A stretch of 64,000 nt of DNA from the NCBI GenBank assembly GCA_902464015.1, contig CABQHM010000008.1:6253-70252 (forward strand), in the 5' to 3' direction. The position numbers were made by a program, and so were the translations under genes. The notes below the pieces were generated by a model. The model had not been told where the DNA came from and searched no databases. It worked only from the letters and a program-made list of their open reading frames with translations. Below, in pieces: positions 53,214 through 63,703 of this stretch (position 1 is the stretch's first letter; every line of letters starts with the position of its first letter). The stretch is from an uncultured Coriobacteriales bacterium (GTDB taxonomy: Bacteria > Actinomycetota > Coriobacteriia > Coriobacteriales > UMGS124).

Positions 53214-55706
53214 CTAGGCCTCGTTTTTGGGATAGCCTATGATGCGCACACTCCAGCCGCGCTGGGGGTCGAGTGCGAGGTATGCCTCGAACTTCGAACC
53301 GTCTCGCTTGGAGGTCAGGCCTTTTACCAGTACCGTCTCGCCCTTGAGCAACTTGAGGATGTCGGCCTTGGGCAGCTTCTTGCCCAGATGCTCGCGGTTC
53401 AAGCGAAAGTCGCAGGTGCGTTCCCCGGGCGCGACGTCCTTCTTGTTGTGCTTGCACAGGTAAGGCACCTTGTCGTTGCCCACATCCACCACTTCGCCGC
53501 CGCACTTGGGGCACACGCCCACCTTCACCGATTGGTCATGTGCAATGCGGGGGCGATACCCTTGTGCGGGGTCGAGCTCGATGAGCCGGTCGACCGTCGA
53601 GCCGTCCTTGCGGGCCAGGCCCTTGACCTTCGCCGCCTTGCCCGCCAGCAGTTTTTTGGCGCTGACAGCCGAAATCTCAGCCCCCATGAAGGTTTTCGAC
53701 AGCTTAAACGAGCAGGTACCGCATGATTTCCAGGCAGGTGCGCCGTCGGGACCCGTCGTGCGCTCGCGGCGCACGTTCTCGCAAAGATATGGCGAGCGGG
53801 GGTTGCCGTTGTCCAGCACGCGTCCTCCGCACTGGGGGCAGCGACCGATAATCTCGCCTGTGGGCGCCGCCTCACGACGCGGCATCGCCATGCCAGCGGC
53901 AACAACCTCGTGGACAAGCTTTGTCACGCCTTGCATGAAGGCCTCTGAGTCGGCTCCCTCGCGCTCAACCGCGGCAAGGTCACGCTCCATCGAAGCCGTG
54001 AGGCGCACGTCTTTCAGACGAGGGTCCACCGCGTCGATGAGGGCCCGTCCTTCGGCCGTCGACATGAGCGTCGTGCGCTTGCGCTCCAGGTAACCGCGGT
54101 CGACAAGCGAGGCGATGATGCCGGCACGAGTGGCGGGAGTGCCGAGGCCGCCCGAGTGGGAGGCGGAGTCCTTGATTGCCGAGCGCAGGTCTTCCTCGTC
54201 GAGAAAACGCTCGGCATGCTCCATGGCGGCGAGAAGCGTTGCATCGGTGAAGCGCTTGGGCGGGGTGGACTTCACGGTCTTGAGGTCGCCGCCGAGTACC
54301 GGCAGCTCCATCCCGGGCACAAGGTTCTCAGGGATGCGAGAGGTGTCCTCGCCGCCCTCTTCTTCCTCGGTAGACGCTGTGCGGCGCAGCTTTTTCCAGC
54401 CAGCTTCGAGCTCAAGGGAAGAGGTTGCACGGTAGGCCTGGTCGTTGACGACGACGTCGAGACCGGCCTTTTCCAGCACGCGGTCGGGCGCCACCGCGGC
54501 AAGCAGCGACTCGCAGATCATGCCCGCGATGAGGGCGTCGTCACCCTTGAGGCCTTGCATGCACAAGGAAGTCAGGCGGGTCGTGGGAAGAAGCGCGCCA
54601 TGGCCCTCGACCTTCGAGTCGTCGATGACTTTCGACGCGTCGTGCGACATGCTGCCAAATGCTTTCGCCGTATCTGCGCCCACATGCTCGGGGGTGCTCA
54701 CCAGGCGGATAAGCTGCTCGAGGCCCTCGCCGTCCTCGGTGTTCACAAAGCACGAGTCCGTGCGCGGATAGGTGATGAGGCCGCGCTCGTAAAGGCTTTG
54801 CAGGGCTCTATCGCATGCGTCAGGACTCATGCCGAAGCGCTCGCTGGCAAGCTTCTGAGCGCCGGTCGTGTTGAGCAGGGTGGGGGAGCCTTCCGCCGCC
54901 TTCTTCCTCTGAACACCAGCAACCGTCGCACGCGTCTTTTTGGCGGCATTGAGTCGATCTTTCGCCTCCTTCTGCGAAGCGCAGGGCTCGCCGAGAACGA
55001 CAAGGCCGTCTCCCAGATTGAGCGCCACGCGGTACGATTCTGCAGGCTCGAACGTCTCGATGGCGCGGTCGCGCGCCACCACGAGGGCCAGCGTGGGCGT
55101 GCGCACGCGTCCCACGCTTTGCGCCGACCTTAAAGTGCGCGAATAGAGGCGGCTGGCGTTCATGCCAACCAGCCAGTCAGATTTCGAGCGCAGGATTGCA
55201 GATTCCAGCAATCCCTGGTATTCGGCGTTAGGCTTAAGCTGGGCAAATGCCTTTGCGAGAGCCGCATCTTCAAGCGAGGAGCACCAGAGCCTGTCCACCG
55301 GCAGCGTGCAGCCCAGTTCGCGCAGGACCAGGTCGGCGATGGCCTGACCCTCTCGATCGGGGTCGCATGCGTGAATAACACGCCCATACAACCCGCTTTG
55401 CAGCAGCTCGGCCATGCAGCTGAATTGCTCAGCCGCTGCGCCGCCATCAGGCGATTTCCAGCGCCATCCGTCGCTACCCGGATCGATGGGCAGCTTTGCG
55501 CCCGAGCTGGACCACTCGGGATGGTCTTTGTACTCCTCGGGCAGAAGCAGCCGCATGAGATGCCCCTGAGCCCACACGACGTCGTAAGCCTCGCCCTCGA
55601 TCCAGGTGCCGTGGTCTTTCTTGCATCCCAAATGGCGCGCCAGCACCTTGCCCACTGTGCGCTTCTCAGCGATGACGAGGGTCTTCTTACCAGGGGTTGC
55701 CTGCAT
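53214..55706 (-). CDS. topB: Type IA DNA topoisomerase (topoisomerase III-like) with C-terminal zinc-ribbon repeats
   Basis: Toprim start KTLVIAEKRTVGK. Catalytic-tyrosine motif GLITYPRTDS. C-terminal CPQCGGRV, CGTC and CPKCGGEV modules. Confidence 0.9.
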   Translation of the reverse strand: MQATPGKKTLVIAEKRTVGKVLARHLGCKKDHGTWIEGEAYDVVWAQGHLMRLLLPEEYKDHPEWSSSGAKLPIDPGSDGWRWKSPDGGAAAEQFSCMAELLQSGLYGRVIHACDPDREGQAIADLVLRELGCTLPVDRLWCSSLEDAALAKAFAQLKPNAEYQGLLESAILRSKSDWLVGMNASRLYSRTLRSAQSVGRVRTPTLALVVARDRAIETFEPAESYRVALNLGDGLVVLGEPCASQKEAKDRLNAAKKTRATVAGVQRKKAAEGSPTLLNTTGAQKLASERFGMSPDACDRALQSLYERGLITYPRTDSCFVNTEDGEGLEQLIRLVSTPEHVGADTAKAFGSMSHDASKVIDDSKVEGHGALLPTTRLTSLCMQGLKGDDALIAGMICESLLAAVAPDRVLEKAGLDVVVNDQAYRATSSLELEAGWKKLRRTASTEEEEGGEDTSRIPENLVPGMELPVLGGDLKTVKSTPPKRFTDATLLAAMEHAERFLDEEDLRSAIKDSASHSGGLGTPATRAGIIASLVDRGYLERKRTTLMSTAEGRALIDAVDPRLKDVRLTASMERDLAAVEREGADSEAFMQGVTKLVHEVVAAGMAMPRREAAPTGEIIGRCPQCGGRVLDNGNPRSPYLCENVRRERTTGPDGAPAWKSCGTCSFKLSKTFMGAEISAVSAKKLLAGKAAKVKGLARKDGSTVDRLIELDPAQGYRPRIAHDQSVKVGVCPKCGGEVVDVGNDKVPYLCKHNKKDVAPGERTCDFRLNREHLGKKLPKADILKLLKGETVLVKGLTSKRDGSKFEAYLALDPQRGWSVRIIGYPKNEA

Positions 55707-55721
55707 GGGCGATGTTCTCCT

Positions 55722-56216
55722 CTACCTTTTAAAAAGCCGGGGGTCGTTGGACACGCTCTCGTTGCCCAGGGCGAATGTGAGCCAGGAGCGCAGCTCCTCG
55801 AGATATGCTCCGCCAAGGGATGACGCCTGCTGTGACACGGCGGTAGGAACCTGAAAGACGCGGCGCCAAAAGGCCTGGTTGCGCACCATGACCAGTTCAT
55901 ACTTCCAAATCGCGTCATAGTCCTCGCGCGAGATGCCCAGGTGCCGCTCGTACCAGTCGGGAACGTTGCGGACGCCTTCGTCTTCTAAGAACTCACGGAC
56001 GTCACCGCATCCCGCCATGGGATATTCGGGAATGTTGTAACCATCATGGCGCGCAATGCCCCAGATAAGCATGCGTCCGTCAGGATAACGCTCGATTGTG
56101 TCGCCCAGAATCTCTTCTACGAGACGCGCGAGCCTGCCGCATGTGACTCCAGCAGGCAGCTCGCCACCAGGCTGGGGGAGCAGCCGCAAAACACGCCTTG
56201 CAAGCACAACGTTCAT
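55722..56216 (-). CDS. Hypothetical protein upstream of and co-oriented with topB
   Basis: Tail of track ORF 55722..56333. ATG 56216 follows GGAGGAGG. It ends 15 nt before the topB start. Confidence 0.55.
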   Translation of the reverse strand: MNVVLARRVLRLLPQPGGELPAGVTCGRLARLVEEILGDTIERYPDGRMLIWGIARHDGYNIPEYPMAGCGDVREFLEDEGVRNVPDWYERHLGISREDYDAIWKYELVMVRNQAFWRRVFQVPTAVSQQASSLGGAYLEELRSWLTFALGNESVSNDPRLFKR

Positions 56217-56488
56217 GCCGGCCTCCTCCTGCCCCAGTAGTGTTGTGCGTATACATGCGCATGGTAGCGTACCGCAGGTTGGGCTCGGGGAGAAGGAGAG
56301 GCAGGGGCGTGTCCGCAACCTCGAAGAATTCACGCAGGTAATGCAGTAAAAACATAACGGGGCGCAGCATTGCTACCGACGCCCCGCCCGGGGCGGCGAG
56401 GCGGGCCATGCGTGCATCGGGGCGCTTGTTGTGCGGGGAATCGGCCAGCCGTGGTGGTTCCTGCACGCTTCGCGAAAGGCAGCCGCTA

Positions 56489-59065
56489 TCAGCGAAGCGC
56501 ATCCTCCAGTACGCGCAGCAGATGCGGGATGTCCAGCGGCTTTGCGATGTGGCCGTTCATGCCGGCGTTCAGCGCATTCTGGCGGTCCTCCTCAAAGGCG
56601 TTTGCCGTCATGGCAAAGATCGGGATGTTGGCCTTGCGCACGTCCCTCATAGCACGAATCTGTCGCGTTGCCTCGTACCCGTCGATGTCGGGCATCTGGA
56701 TGTCCATCAGAACCAGGTCGTACTGTCCGGCCGGCGCCTGCTCCATCATCTGAACGGCGGTCTCGCCGTCTTCGGCGGTATCCACCACAAAGCCGGCGCC
56801 CTTGAGGATCTCCACTGCAATCTCACGGTTGAGCTCGTTGTCTTCCACCAGCAGGATGTTCTTCCCCTTGAGATCGACGGGCTCTGGCTGGGGCAGCTCA
56901 CCGGCAACCTCCCCATGGAACGGTTCGGCCAGAACGCGGCGCAGCTCGGAGGGGAAGAGCGGTTTTTCGCAGAAGGCAGTTACGCCGGCGGTGCGCGCTT
57001 CGTCTTCGATGTCGGCCCAGTCGTAGGCGGTCAGGATGATGATGGGGCAGTCGTCTCCAATCAGCTTGCGAATCCTGCGCACGACCTCGATGCCGTTCAT
57101 GTCGGGAATCAGCCAGTCGATGATGAAGACGCTGAATCTATCGCCCTGCTCCACGGCGTACTTGGTTCGAATCACCGCCTCCTTGCCAGAAATCGTCCAT
57201 TCCGGGCGCATTCCGATTTTAGAGAGCATGGTGCTGACGTTGAGGCAAGTGTCGGTGTCGTCGTCTGCCACCAGCGCGTGGAGCCCTTCCAGCTGCGGGA
57301 GCCTTTTCTGCTCAATCTTTTGCTCGTTGAGTGCAAAGCACAGGTTTACGATGAACTCGCTGCCTTTGCCCGGCTCGCTTTGGATGGAGATGGTGCCGCC
57401 CATCAGGTCCACGATGCTCTTGGTGATGGACATACCGAGCCCTGTGCCCGGAATACGGCTGACAGTGGCGCTTTCCTCGCGGGCGAACTGCTCGAAGATG
57501 TGCGCCTGGAACTTCTCGCTCATGCCGATGCCGTTGTCCTTGACGCGGAACTCGTAGCAGGCATGACCCTTGGGCGCGCCGTTTTTCTGAGCTATGCGAA
57601 TGCTGACCATGCCGCCTGCGGGAGTGAACTTGATGGCGTTGGACAGAATGTTCAGCAGTATTTGGTTGAGTCGCAGCGGGTCGGTGACGATGTCCTCGTC
57701 CTCTATGTCCATGGTGTCGATGAAGAACGCCAGTCGCTTCGCCGTCATATCGGGCTGAATGATGGAGCGCACATCGTGGATGATGTCGGGCAGATGCACC
57801 GGCTTTTCATCAATCTTGATCTTGCCGTTTTCGATGCGGCTCATATCCAGCACGTCGTTGATGAGAGAAAGCAGATGTTGGCTGGAAGTGGAAATCTTCT
57901 TCAGGTAGTTCAGCACCTGCTCGCGGTTGTCGATGTGGGTCGCGGCCAGCGAGGTGAAACCGATGATAGCGTTCATCGGCGTGCGGATATCGTGGCTTAT
58001 GTTGAACAAGAACTCCCGCTTGGCGCGGTTCGCCGCCCCCTCGTGCTGCAGGGCAATCTCCAGCCTGCGGTTTTGTTCCTCCAGCTGGGCCTGATACGAC
58101 TCCTCCTGCTCTTTTTTCTGCCGCTCCATCGCCCGCATAGAGCGGTCGCGCACTATCAGAAGGACTGAGACAACCAGGGCATAGCTGATGAGTGCTATCG
58201 AGGCGGCGGTAAACGTGCTGGTGAAAACAGTCTTTTCGTCCGTGTATGCATACAGGTCGAACGACCTGCCGTGGCTGTACATCCCAAAATAGCAGCCAGA
58301 ACCGTCCCAGCCTTGGGTGTGGGTCAGCGTCTCTGCGTTTCCGGTGCTGCGGATGCCCAGAACAAGTGGGCTTTGCGCAACATCGCGTCCGATCAACTCT
58401 TCGCGGTTGGAGGCGATGACCTGGTTGTTCTGCACCATGAACAACGTGCCGCTGGACTCTTCGGCATAGCCGTCCAGAACGCTCTGAACAGACAGCGACC
58501 CTCCTGACACAAACTCTTTGGGCGTGCGTCGATACGCGAGCACGACCACGTCTTCGTCGGCTGCTCGGCGCACGGCCACATCCACCGTGGACCCGTCTTC
58601 CAATGAAACGCGCTTCACGTACGTCTTCTGTGGGTAGCGCAGGGCATCCAGAACGGTATCTGTTTTAAGGGCGTCCTCCAATTGGGCAAACCCGATTCCA
58701 TCTGCCGTGTATTCGCACAGAAGCTCACCGTTGGAATCCAGGGCAGAAATGCCTGTGACCCAAAGCTCCTCCGCCTGCTTTTCCAGGCATTGGGGATCGG
58801 AAAGGTCGAGCGTGGGGTCATCGGCCAGTTGGTGCACCGAAGCCGCCTCACGACGCAGCGCCTTGGCCGTGGCGATGTTATTGTGCTGCTCGTAGCTGGT
58901 GGATTGCGATTTGATGAAGTCAAGCGTCTGGCAAAAGCGCTGCTCTGTGATGCGCAGCTCGTTTTGACCAGATATGAGGACGACGCCTGCCACGAAGAGC
59001 ACGCCGACAATGAGATAGACTGCCTTCCTCCGTGCGGTTGGGGCGGCACCGGTCTTATGCTTCAA
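56489..59065 (-). CDS. Hybrid sensor histidine kinase with an extracytoplasmic sensor domain and two receiver domains
   Basis: Track ORF 56489..59152. The probable TTG start at 59065 overlaps the upstream stop. TM helix, periplasmic domain, TM helix. His[16 protein letters not shown]. HATPase GTGLGMSI. Two REC domains (ALVADDD.., ILLVEDNELNRE..DLVLMDIQMPDIDG). Confidence 0.85.
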   Translation of the reverse strand: MKHKTGAAPTARRKAVYLIVGVLFVAGVVLISGQNELRITEQRFCQTLDFIKSQSTSYEQHNNIATAKALRREAASVHQLADDPTLDLSDPQCLEKQAEELWVTGISALDSNGELLCEYTADGIGFAQLEDALKTDTVLDALRYPQKTYVKRVSLEDGSTVDVAVRRAADEDVVVLAYRRTPKEFVSGGSLSVQSVLDGYAEESSGTLFMVQNNQVIASNREELIGRDVAQSPLVLGIRSTGNAETLTHTQGWDGSGCYFGMYSHGRSFDLYAYTDEKTVFTSTFTAASIALISYALVVSVLLIVRDRSMRAMERQKKEQEESYQAQLEEQNRRLEIALQHEGAANRAKREFLFNISHDIRTPMNAIIGFTSLAATHIDNREQVLNYLKKISTSSQHLLSLINDVLDMSRIENGKIKIDEKPVHLPDIIHDVRSIIQPDMTAKRLAFFIDTMDIEDEDIVTDPLRLNQILLNILSNAIKFTPAGGMVSIRIAQKNGAPKGHACYEFRVKDNGIGMSEKFQAHIFEQFAREESATVSRIPGTGLGMSITKSIVDLMGGTISIQSEPGKGSEFIVNLCFALNEQKIEQKRLPQLEGLHALVADDDTDTCLNVSTMLSKIGMRPEWTISGKEAVIRTKYAVEQGDRFSVFIIDWLIPDMNGIEVVRRIRKLIGDDCPIIILTAYDWADIEDEARTAGVTAFCEKPLFPSELRRVLAEPFHGEVAGELPQPEPVDLKGKNILLVEDNELNREIAVEILKGAGFVVDTAEDGETAVQMMEQAPAGQYDLVLMDIQMPDIDGYEATRQIRAMRDVRKANIPIFAMTANAFEEDRQNALNAGMNGHIAKPLDIPHLLRVLEDALR

Positions 59066-59906
59066 TGGTGTCAACCTCCAGGTATTGCGAGGGGTTCTCG
59101 AGATACTTGCCGATGATCTCCTCCAGCGTGCCGTCCGCGCGCATCTGCGCAAGGGTGTCAGTCAGCCGGCCGTCCAACCCCCGGTTGTCGCTCTTTGCAA
59201 AGGCAACACCCAACCCAGTGATCAGCAGCGGTTCTTCCAGAATACGGAACTCAGCGATATTGTCCTTCATATATTGCAGGATTGCGGTTTCGTGGGCGGC
59301 GATGGCATCAACGTATCCGCAGGCCAGCATGGCATATTGCACACTGCTGTCTTCAGTGCTGAACACCTCGATGTCTTTGGGGATGCGCGGGTCGGAGCCG
59401 CCGAGAAAGATGCCTTCCGGCTTGGAGGTGCTTTGCACCATGATGGTCTTTCCGGCAAGATCACCCAACGTTTGGATGCTGCTGCCGGCATCCACTGCGA
59501 CCACTTGGCGGCTTACCATGTAAGGCCCGGCCCAGCGGTACAAGTCCTCGCGTCCCTCCATGGAGAAGCAGTCCCAGATGCAGTCTATGGCTCCGCTTTC
59601 CACGAGATTGGTCTTCTGCTCCCAGTCGATCGTTTCAAATCGGGCGGCATACCCCATGCGACGAAATGCCTCGGTGGCAATCTTCACGTCGATACCGGTG
59701 GGAACGCCGTCGTTGCTCAGGTACACATAGGGTGGATACGTGTCGCTTCCCACAACGATTTGCGGAAGGTCGATGTCGTCCCCTTGCCCCGCGCTGCAGG
59801 CGGTCACGCTGCCGATGGCGGCGGATGCCATCAGCAGCGTGCACCCATTCAGGAATGTGCGGCGTGAGATGCTACGTTTCATCGGGCTTTTGTTCCTTTT
59901 GCTCAT
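59055..59906 (-). CDS. Family-3 (amino-acid type) periplasmic binding lipoprotein
   Basis: Signal SISRRTFLNGCTLLMASAAIGSVTACS. SBP_bac_3-like body. Confidence 0.85.
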   Translation of the reverse strand: MSKRNKSPMKRSISRRTFLNGCTLLMASAAIGSVTACSAGQGDDIDLPQIVVGSDTYPPYVYLSNDGVPTGIDVKIATEAFRRMGYAARFETIDWEQKTNLVESGAIDCIWDCFSMEGREDLYRWAGPYMVSRQVVAVDAGSSIQTLGDLAGKTIMVQSTSKPEGIFLGGSDPRIPKDIEVFSTEDSSVQYAMLACGYVDAIAAHETAILQYMKDNIAEFRILEEPLLITGLGVAFAKSDNRGLDGRLTDTLAQMRADGTLEEIIGKYLENPSQYLEVDTIEA

Positions 59907-59920
59907 GGTCTATCGCTGGC

Positions 59921-61105
59921 TCATTGAAGGTGGTGCAGTTCTTCCTTGAGGTCGGCTTGAATGTCCGCCAAGCACTGCAACAGCACGGGATTGAACGCAC
60001 CGCATTCGCCGTTCAAAATCATCCGGATGGACGTTTCATGGGTGAATGCCTTTTTGTAGCAGCGTTCGCTGGTCAGGGCGTCGTACACGTCTGCCAGGGC
60101 AACCAGCTGCGCGCTTATGGGGATCTCGTCGCCCTTCAGCCCGTCTGGGTAGCCACGCCCGTCCCAGCGCTCATGGTGCCAGCGGCAGATCTCGTAGGCT
60201 GTTTGCAGCAGCGGTTCCTTGTTGAAGTTCTCCTGCTGCTGCAGAATTTCGGCTCCCAATGTCGTGTGAGTCTTGATGACTTCGAATTCCTCCGGGGTCA
60301 GCCTGCCGGGTTTGTTGAGAATCTTCTCGTCAATGGCAATCTTGCCGATGTCGTGCAGGGAAGAGGCAAGCGGAATAATGCCCTGCTGCTCGGTGGTGAT
60401 GGGGCACTCAGCGCTGCTTTCCAGCAGGTGATCGAGCAACAGCTTCGTGATGTGGCGAATACGCCGCACATGGGCCCCGCTCTCGCCGTTGCGGAACTCC
60501 ACGATTTGGCTCAGCACGCCCACCAGCATGTCTGTATTGTTCTCGCGGGCACGGATTTCGTCGGACACCATCTGTGCCAGACACCGCTGCTTGGCGTACA
60601 GCTTGACGGTGTTGGTCACTCGACGATGGACAATCTGTGTATCAAAGGGTCGATTGACGTAATCGCTCGCGCCCAGGTCGTAGGACCTGCGCAGGGTAGC
60701 GAGGGAGTCGTCGCTGGAAATCATAATCACCGGGATGTCTTCAATGACATGGCTGGCATTCATGGCCTCAAGCACCTCAAAGCCATCCATCTCAGGCATG
60801 ATGATGTCGAGCAGCACAAGAGCAATGTCTCCAGCTTCTGCCTGGAGTTTCTCCATGCACTCTTTGCCGTTTTCCGCTTCGAGAATGCGATAGTCGCTCC
60901 CAAGAATCTCGGCCAGTATCGCACGGTTCAGCGCAGAGTCGTCCACAAGCAGAATCTGCGGCTTCGGCTGCGTGGGTGCAGGAGCTGCGCCTTGCACGCG
61001 TGGCTTATCCATCATCTGCCACTCACGCGCGCAGCGGTATTCTTCAATCTCGGAGTGTGCTGCTCGATGGTCGTTCATATTCGGGTCATCCTCCGTATAC
61101 GTCAT
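59921..61105 (-). CDS. Response regulator with an HD-GYP output domain (probable c-di-GMP phosphodiesterase)
   Basis: [43 protein letters not shown] and [14 protein letters not shown]. The ATG overlaps the upstream TGA (ATGA). Confidence 0.85.
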   Translation of the reverse strand: MTYTEDDPNMNDHRAAHSEIEEYRCAREWQMMDKPRVQGAAPAPTQPKPQILLVDDSALNRAILAEILGSDYRILEAENGKECMEKLQAEAGDIALVLLDIIMPEMDGFEVLEAMNASHVIEDIPVIMISSDDSLATLRRSYDLGASDYVNRPFDTQIVHRRVTNTVKLYAKQRCLAQMVSDEIRARENNTDMLVGVLSQIVEFRNGESGAHVRRIRHITKLLLDHLLESSAECPITTEQQGIIPLASSLHDIGKIAIDEKILNKPGRLTPEEFEVIKTHTTLGAEILQQQENFNKEPLLQTAYEICRWHHERWDGRGYPDGLKGDEIPISAQLVALADVYDALTSERCYKKAFTHETSIRMILNGECGAFNPVLLQCLADIQADLKEELHHLQ

Positions 61106-63699
61106 GTGCGCAATCCCGCTTGCCTGCTAAAACGTGCCTTTCCGCTATACGTTAGCGGGGGGGGGGTGACTCTAAAGCGCTTTACAACTTTCTCGAGCGT
61201 GGCAAGGTCTACAGGCTTGGAAAGATGCTCGTCCATTCCGGCCTCCTTGCTCTTCTGCATGTCTTCAAGGAAGGCGTTGGCCGTCAGGGCGAGGATGGGG
61301 ATGGTCGTGCCCAGCGGATTGTCGCCACCGCGAATCCGACGGGTGGCCTCGAGGCCGTCCATGACGGGCATCTGCACGTCCATCAGAATCATGTCGTAAT
61401 CACCTGGCTTGACATTGGCAAAAGCATCCACAATCTCTTGGCCGTTAGAGTAAATCGTGCAGGTGGCATCCTTGGCTTCCAGAAGCATCTTCAGAATCTC
61501 GGCATTAATGGCGTTGTCTTCGGCGCAGAGAAAGTTCATCCCGCACAAAGGAGAGGTGGCTTCCGCATCATCGCAAAACACTGAGGTCTCATGTGCGGCA
61601 CCCGCATCGACATCGATGGGAAACTCCAGCACAATCTCAAAGCAGGTGCCCTTGCCAGGGGTGCTTTTCACATTGATGGTGCCGCCTAAAAGGTCAACAA
61701 CGCTTTTGACAATTGCCAGGCCCAAACCCGTGCCCTGCACCCTGTTGGTTCCGGAGCGCTCCTCGCGAGTAAAGGGGTCAAAGAGGACCTTTTGATAAGC
61801 CTCGCTCATGCCAATGCCGTCATCCTGCACCATAAAACGGTACTTGGCGTAGCGCTTGCTATGGGAAAGCTCCTCCACTTTCATCTGGATGTGCCCGCCG
61901 CTGGGAGTGTACTTGACTGCGTTGGAGAGGATGTTCACCAGCACCTGGTTCAGGCAGTTGGGGTCGGTCAGTACATGTTCATGCTGCACGCGGGTTTGCA
62001 CCGTAAATGTCTGGCCGTGCTGGGTCGCCTGTTGCTGTGCGATACTGCAGAGCCGCCCTATCTGTTGGGCAAGGTTCACCTGCTCGGTATTGAGCGTGGT
62101 CTTGCCGCTCTCAATGCGACTCATATCCAGGATATCGTTGATGATGCTCAGCAGCAGCTGGCTGGAGCTTTCCAGTTTGTCCAGATGCTCGGCAAGCTTT
62201 TTTGGCTGATCGAGTTCGTGCTTCATGAGGGTGGTAATGCCCACGACGGCATTCATGGGGGTGCGGATGTCGTGACTCATGTTGGAGAGGAAGTCCGTCT
62301 TGGCCCTGCCGGCCTTTTCGGCCGCCTCCAACGCGGTTTGCAGTGTGAGTGCAATCTGATGGTCATCCGTACGGTCGGACATATCGAGGATGCACTTCTT
62401 CTCGCCCTGAATGGCATTGATGAAGCCGATCACATGGATATAACGGGGCTCGCCGGTTTCCTGATTGATAAACTCCCGATCCCATTCTTGCTGGCTGCCC
62501 TGCTCCACCCGCATCAGGCTCTCCAGGCGTGCGGAGCAGTCTTCTTTTCCGGCGCGGCATAGCACGTGGTAGTCCTCTCGCACCGCCTGAGGAGAGATGC
62601 CCAGAATGCGCTGGACATTGGAGCTAATGTACTCGACTTTGTGCGTGTCGATGTCGATCATCAAGAAGACGTCGTCCACGTTGCGGGAAAGATGCGAGAA
62701 CAGCTCCTCGCGTGTCAGCAGCTGCCGGTCTTTGGTCTGTAGTTTCCTCTTGCTACTCAGCAGGATAAGCAGAGCGAAAACAATGGCCAGCGCGCCCATC
62801 ACGCATCCCATGACGACCATGGTGGTGTATTGGAGATTGTTCATGTTGGCGTTCACGACAGCCTTAGGCGCGATGCCGATAATCGTCCAGTCCTGGAAAG
62901 AGGCTGCGCCATACACCATGTAATAGTCAACGCCGTCGATGGAGAACTCAAGGTTGCCGCCCTGCCCGGCGGCAAAGCTCTTTCGCAAAGCCTCGACTCG
63001 ATCCGTCGTAAAACCGGCTGAGTCTTTGAGCAGGGCAAGGATGTTGTGCGTCTCGGGCATGTCCGTGCTGCTGTTGTCCAACACCACGCGGCCGTCTGGC
63101 AACACGGCAAAGGTGCTGCCGGACCCATTAAAGGCAGAAATCTTCAGGGATTCCACCAGGTCGGCATTGTTGTAAGAGATGGCAATGGCCTCGTAGTCAA
63201 ACCCTTGATAGCTACCTTTTTCGGCAGGCACGGCGAACACCATGATCTCCGGGTTGTTCGGCATCACCGAGTTTGCCACCACGGGCTGCTGCTCCAGAAT
63301 CAGCTGGGACTGCATTTGTCCCAGATCAAGATACCCCTGCTCGCCATCGAGCGTGATGTAGGAGCCGTCTCGCGAAACGAAGAAAAAGTCCGTAAAGTCG
63401 TATTCTTCCTGCGCCGATGCGAGAAACGAGCGTATCTCAGCATCGCTTTGCGCGATTTCCAGATAGGGCAACCACATCTGCATGACGCCCCAGTTGAAGG
63501 ACACCTTGTTGTTGAGGGTTTGGTTTGCCTGATGGTAGATTTCGGTAAGGTGTGCGGTGCTTTCCTCGTAGATAGTGCGATTCATGAGAACCATGTAGGC
63601 GCGGACGCCCATCACTGTTGCAGCGATGCACAACAGCGCTATCGCAGCCGCGAAAACACGGTGTCGTATGGTAGTCCGCGCCTTTTTCTGGTTCTTCAC
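61102..63699 (-). CDS. Hybrid sensor histidine kinase (Cache-like sensor, PAS, HisKA-HATPase, REC)
   Basis: GTG 63699 after CAGGGAG. N-terminal TM, large extracytoplasmic domain, second TM. His[16 protein letters not shown]. HATPase [25 protein letters not shown]. Confidence 0.85.
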   Translation of the reverse strand: MKNQKKARTTIRHRVFAAAIALLCIAATVMGVRAYMVLMNRTIYEESTAHLTEIYHQANQTLNNKVSFNWGVMQMWLPYLEIAQSDAEIRSFLASAQEEYDFTDFFFVSRDGSYITLDGEQGYLDLGQMQSQLILEQQPVVANSVMPNNPEIMVFAVPAEKGSYQGFDYEAIAISYNNADLVESLKISAFNGSGSTFAVLPDGRVVLDNSSTDMPETHNILALLKDSAGFTTDRVEALRKSFAAGQGGNLEFSIDGVDYYMVYGAASFQDWTIIGIAPKAVVNANMNNLQYTTMVVMGCVMGALAIVFALLILLSSKRKLQTKDRQLLTREELFSHLSRNVDDVFLMIDIDTHKVEYISSNVQRILGISPQAVREDYHVLCRAGKEDCSARLESLMRVEQGSQQEWDREFINQETGEPRYIHVIGFINAIQGEKKCILDMSDRTDDHQIALTLQTALEAAEKAGRAKTDFLSNMSHDIRTPMNAVVGITTLMKHELDQPKKLAEHLDKLESSSQLLLSIINDILDMSRIESGKTTLNTEQVNLAQQIGRLCSIAQQQATQHGQTFTVQTRVQHEHVLTDPNCLNQVLVNILSNAVKYTPSGGHIQMKVEELSHSKRYAKYRFMVQDDGIGMSEAYQKVLFDPFTREERSGTNRVQGTGLGLAIVKSVVDLLGGTINVKSTPGKGTCFEIVLEFPIDVDAGAAHETSVFCDDAEATSPLCGMNFLCAEDNAINAEILKMLLEAKDATCTIYSNGQEIVDAFANVKPGDYDMILMDVQMPVMDGLEATRRIRGGDNPLGTTIPILALTANAFLEDMQKSKEAGMDEHLSKPVDLATLEKVVKRFRVTPPPLTYSGKARFSRQAGLRT
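61157..61166. repeat. G10 (C10 on the coding strand) homopolymer inside the kinase 3' end
   Basis: ...GTTAGCGGGGGGGGGGTGAC... encodes VTPPPLT, about 50 nt before the kinase stop and HD-GYP start overlap. Confidence 0.9.
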
Positions 63700-63703
63700 A
63701 GGC

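Noticed and set aside
61102-61166. Possibility that slippage in the G10 tract fuses the kinase to the HD-GYP regulator.
   Set aside because: Both alternative frames meet stop codons (TAA, TAG) within four codons after the tract, so no fusion product is possible.
1525-61399. Long ORFs in the track lying antisense to recognisable genes, e.g. 1525..3198(+), 6240..8063(+), 8833..10398(-), 12111..13181(-), 16426..17412(+), 23924..24865(+), 33457..35727(+), 46153..47835(-), 51179..52564(-), 56408..58168(+), 59666..61399(+).
   Set aside because: They are completely overlapped by genes with clear family motifs. Their translations are dominated by R/H/G/V/A/D runs typical of antisense frames in high-GC DNA. 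They lack SDs and known motifs.
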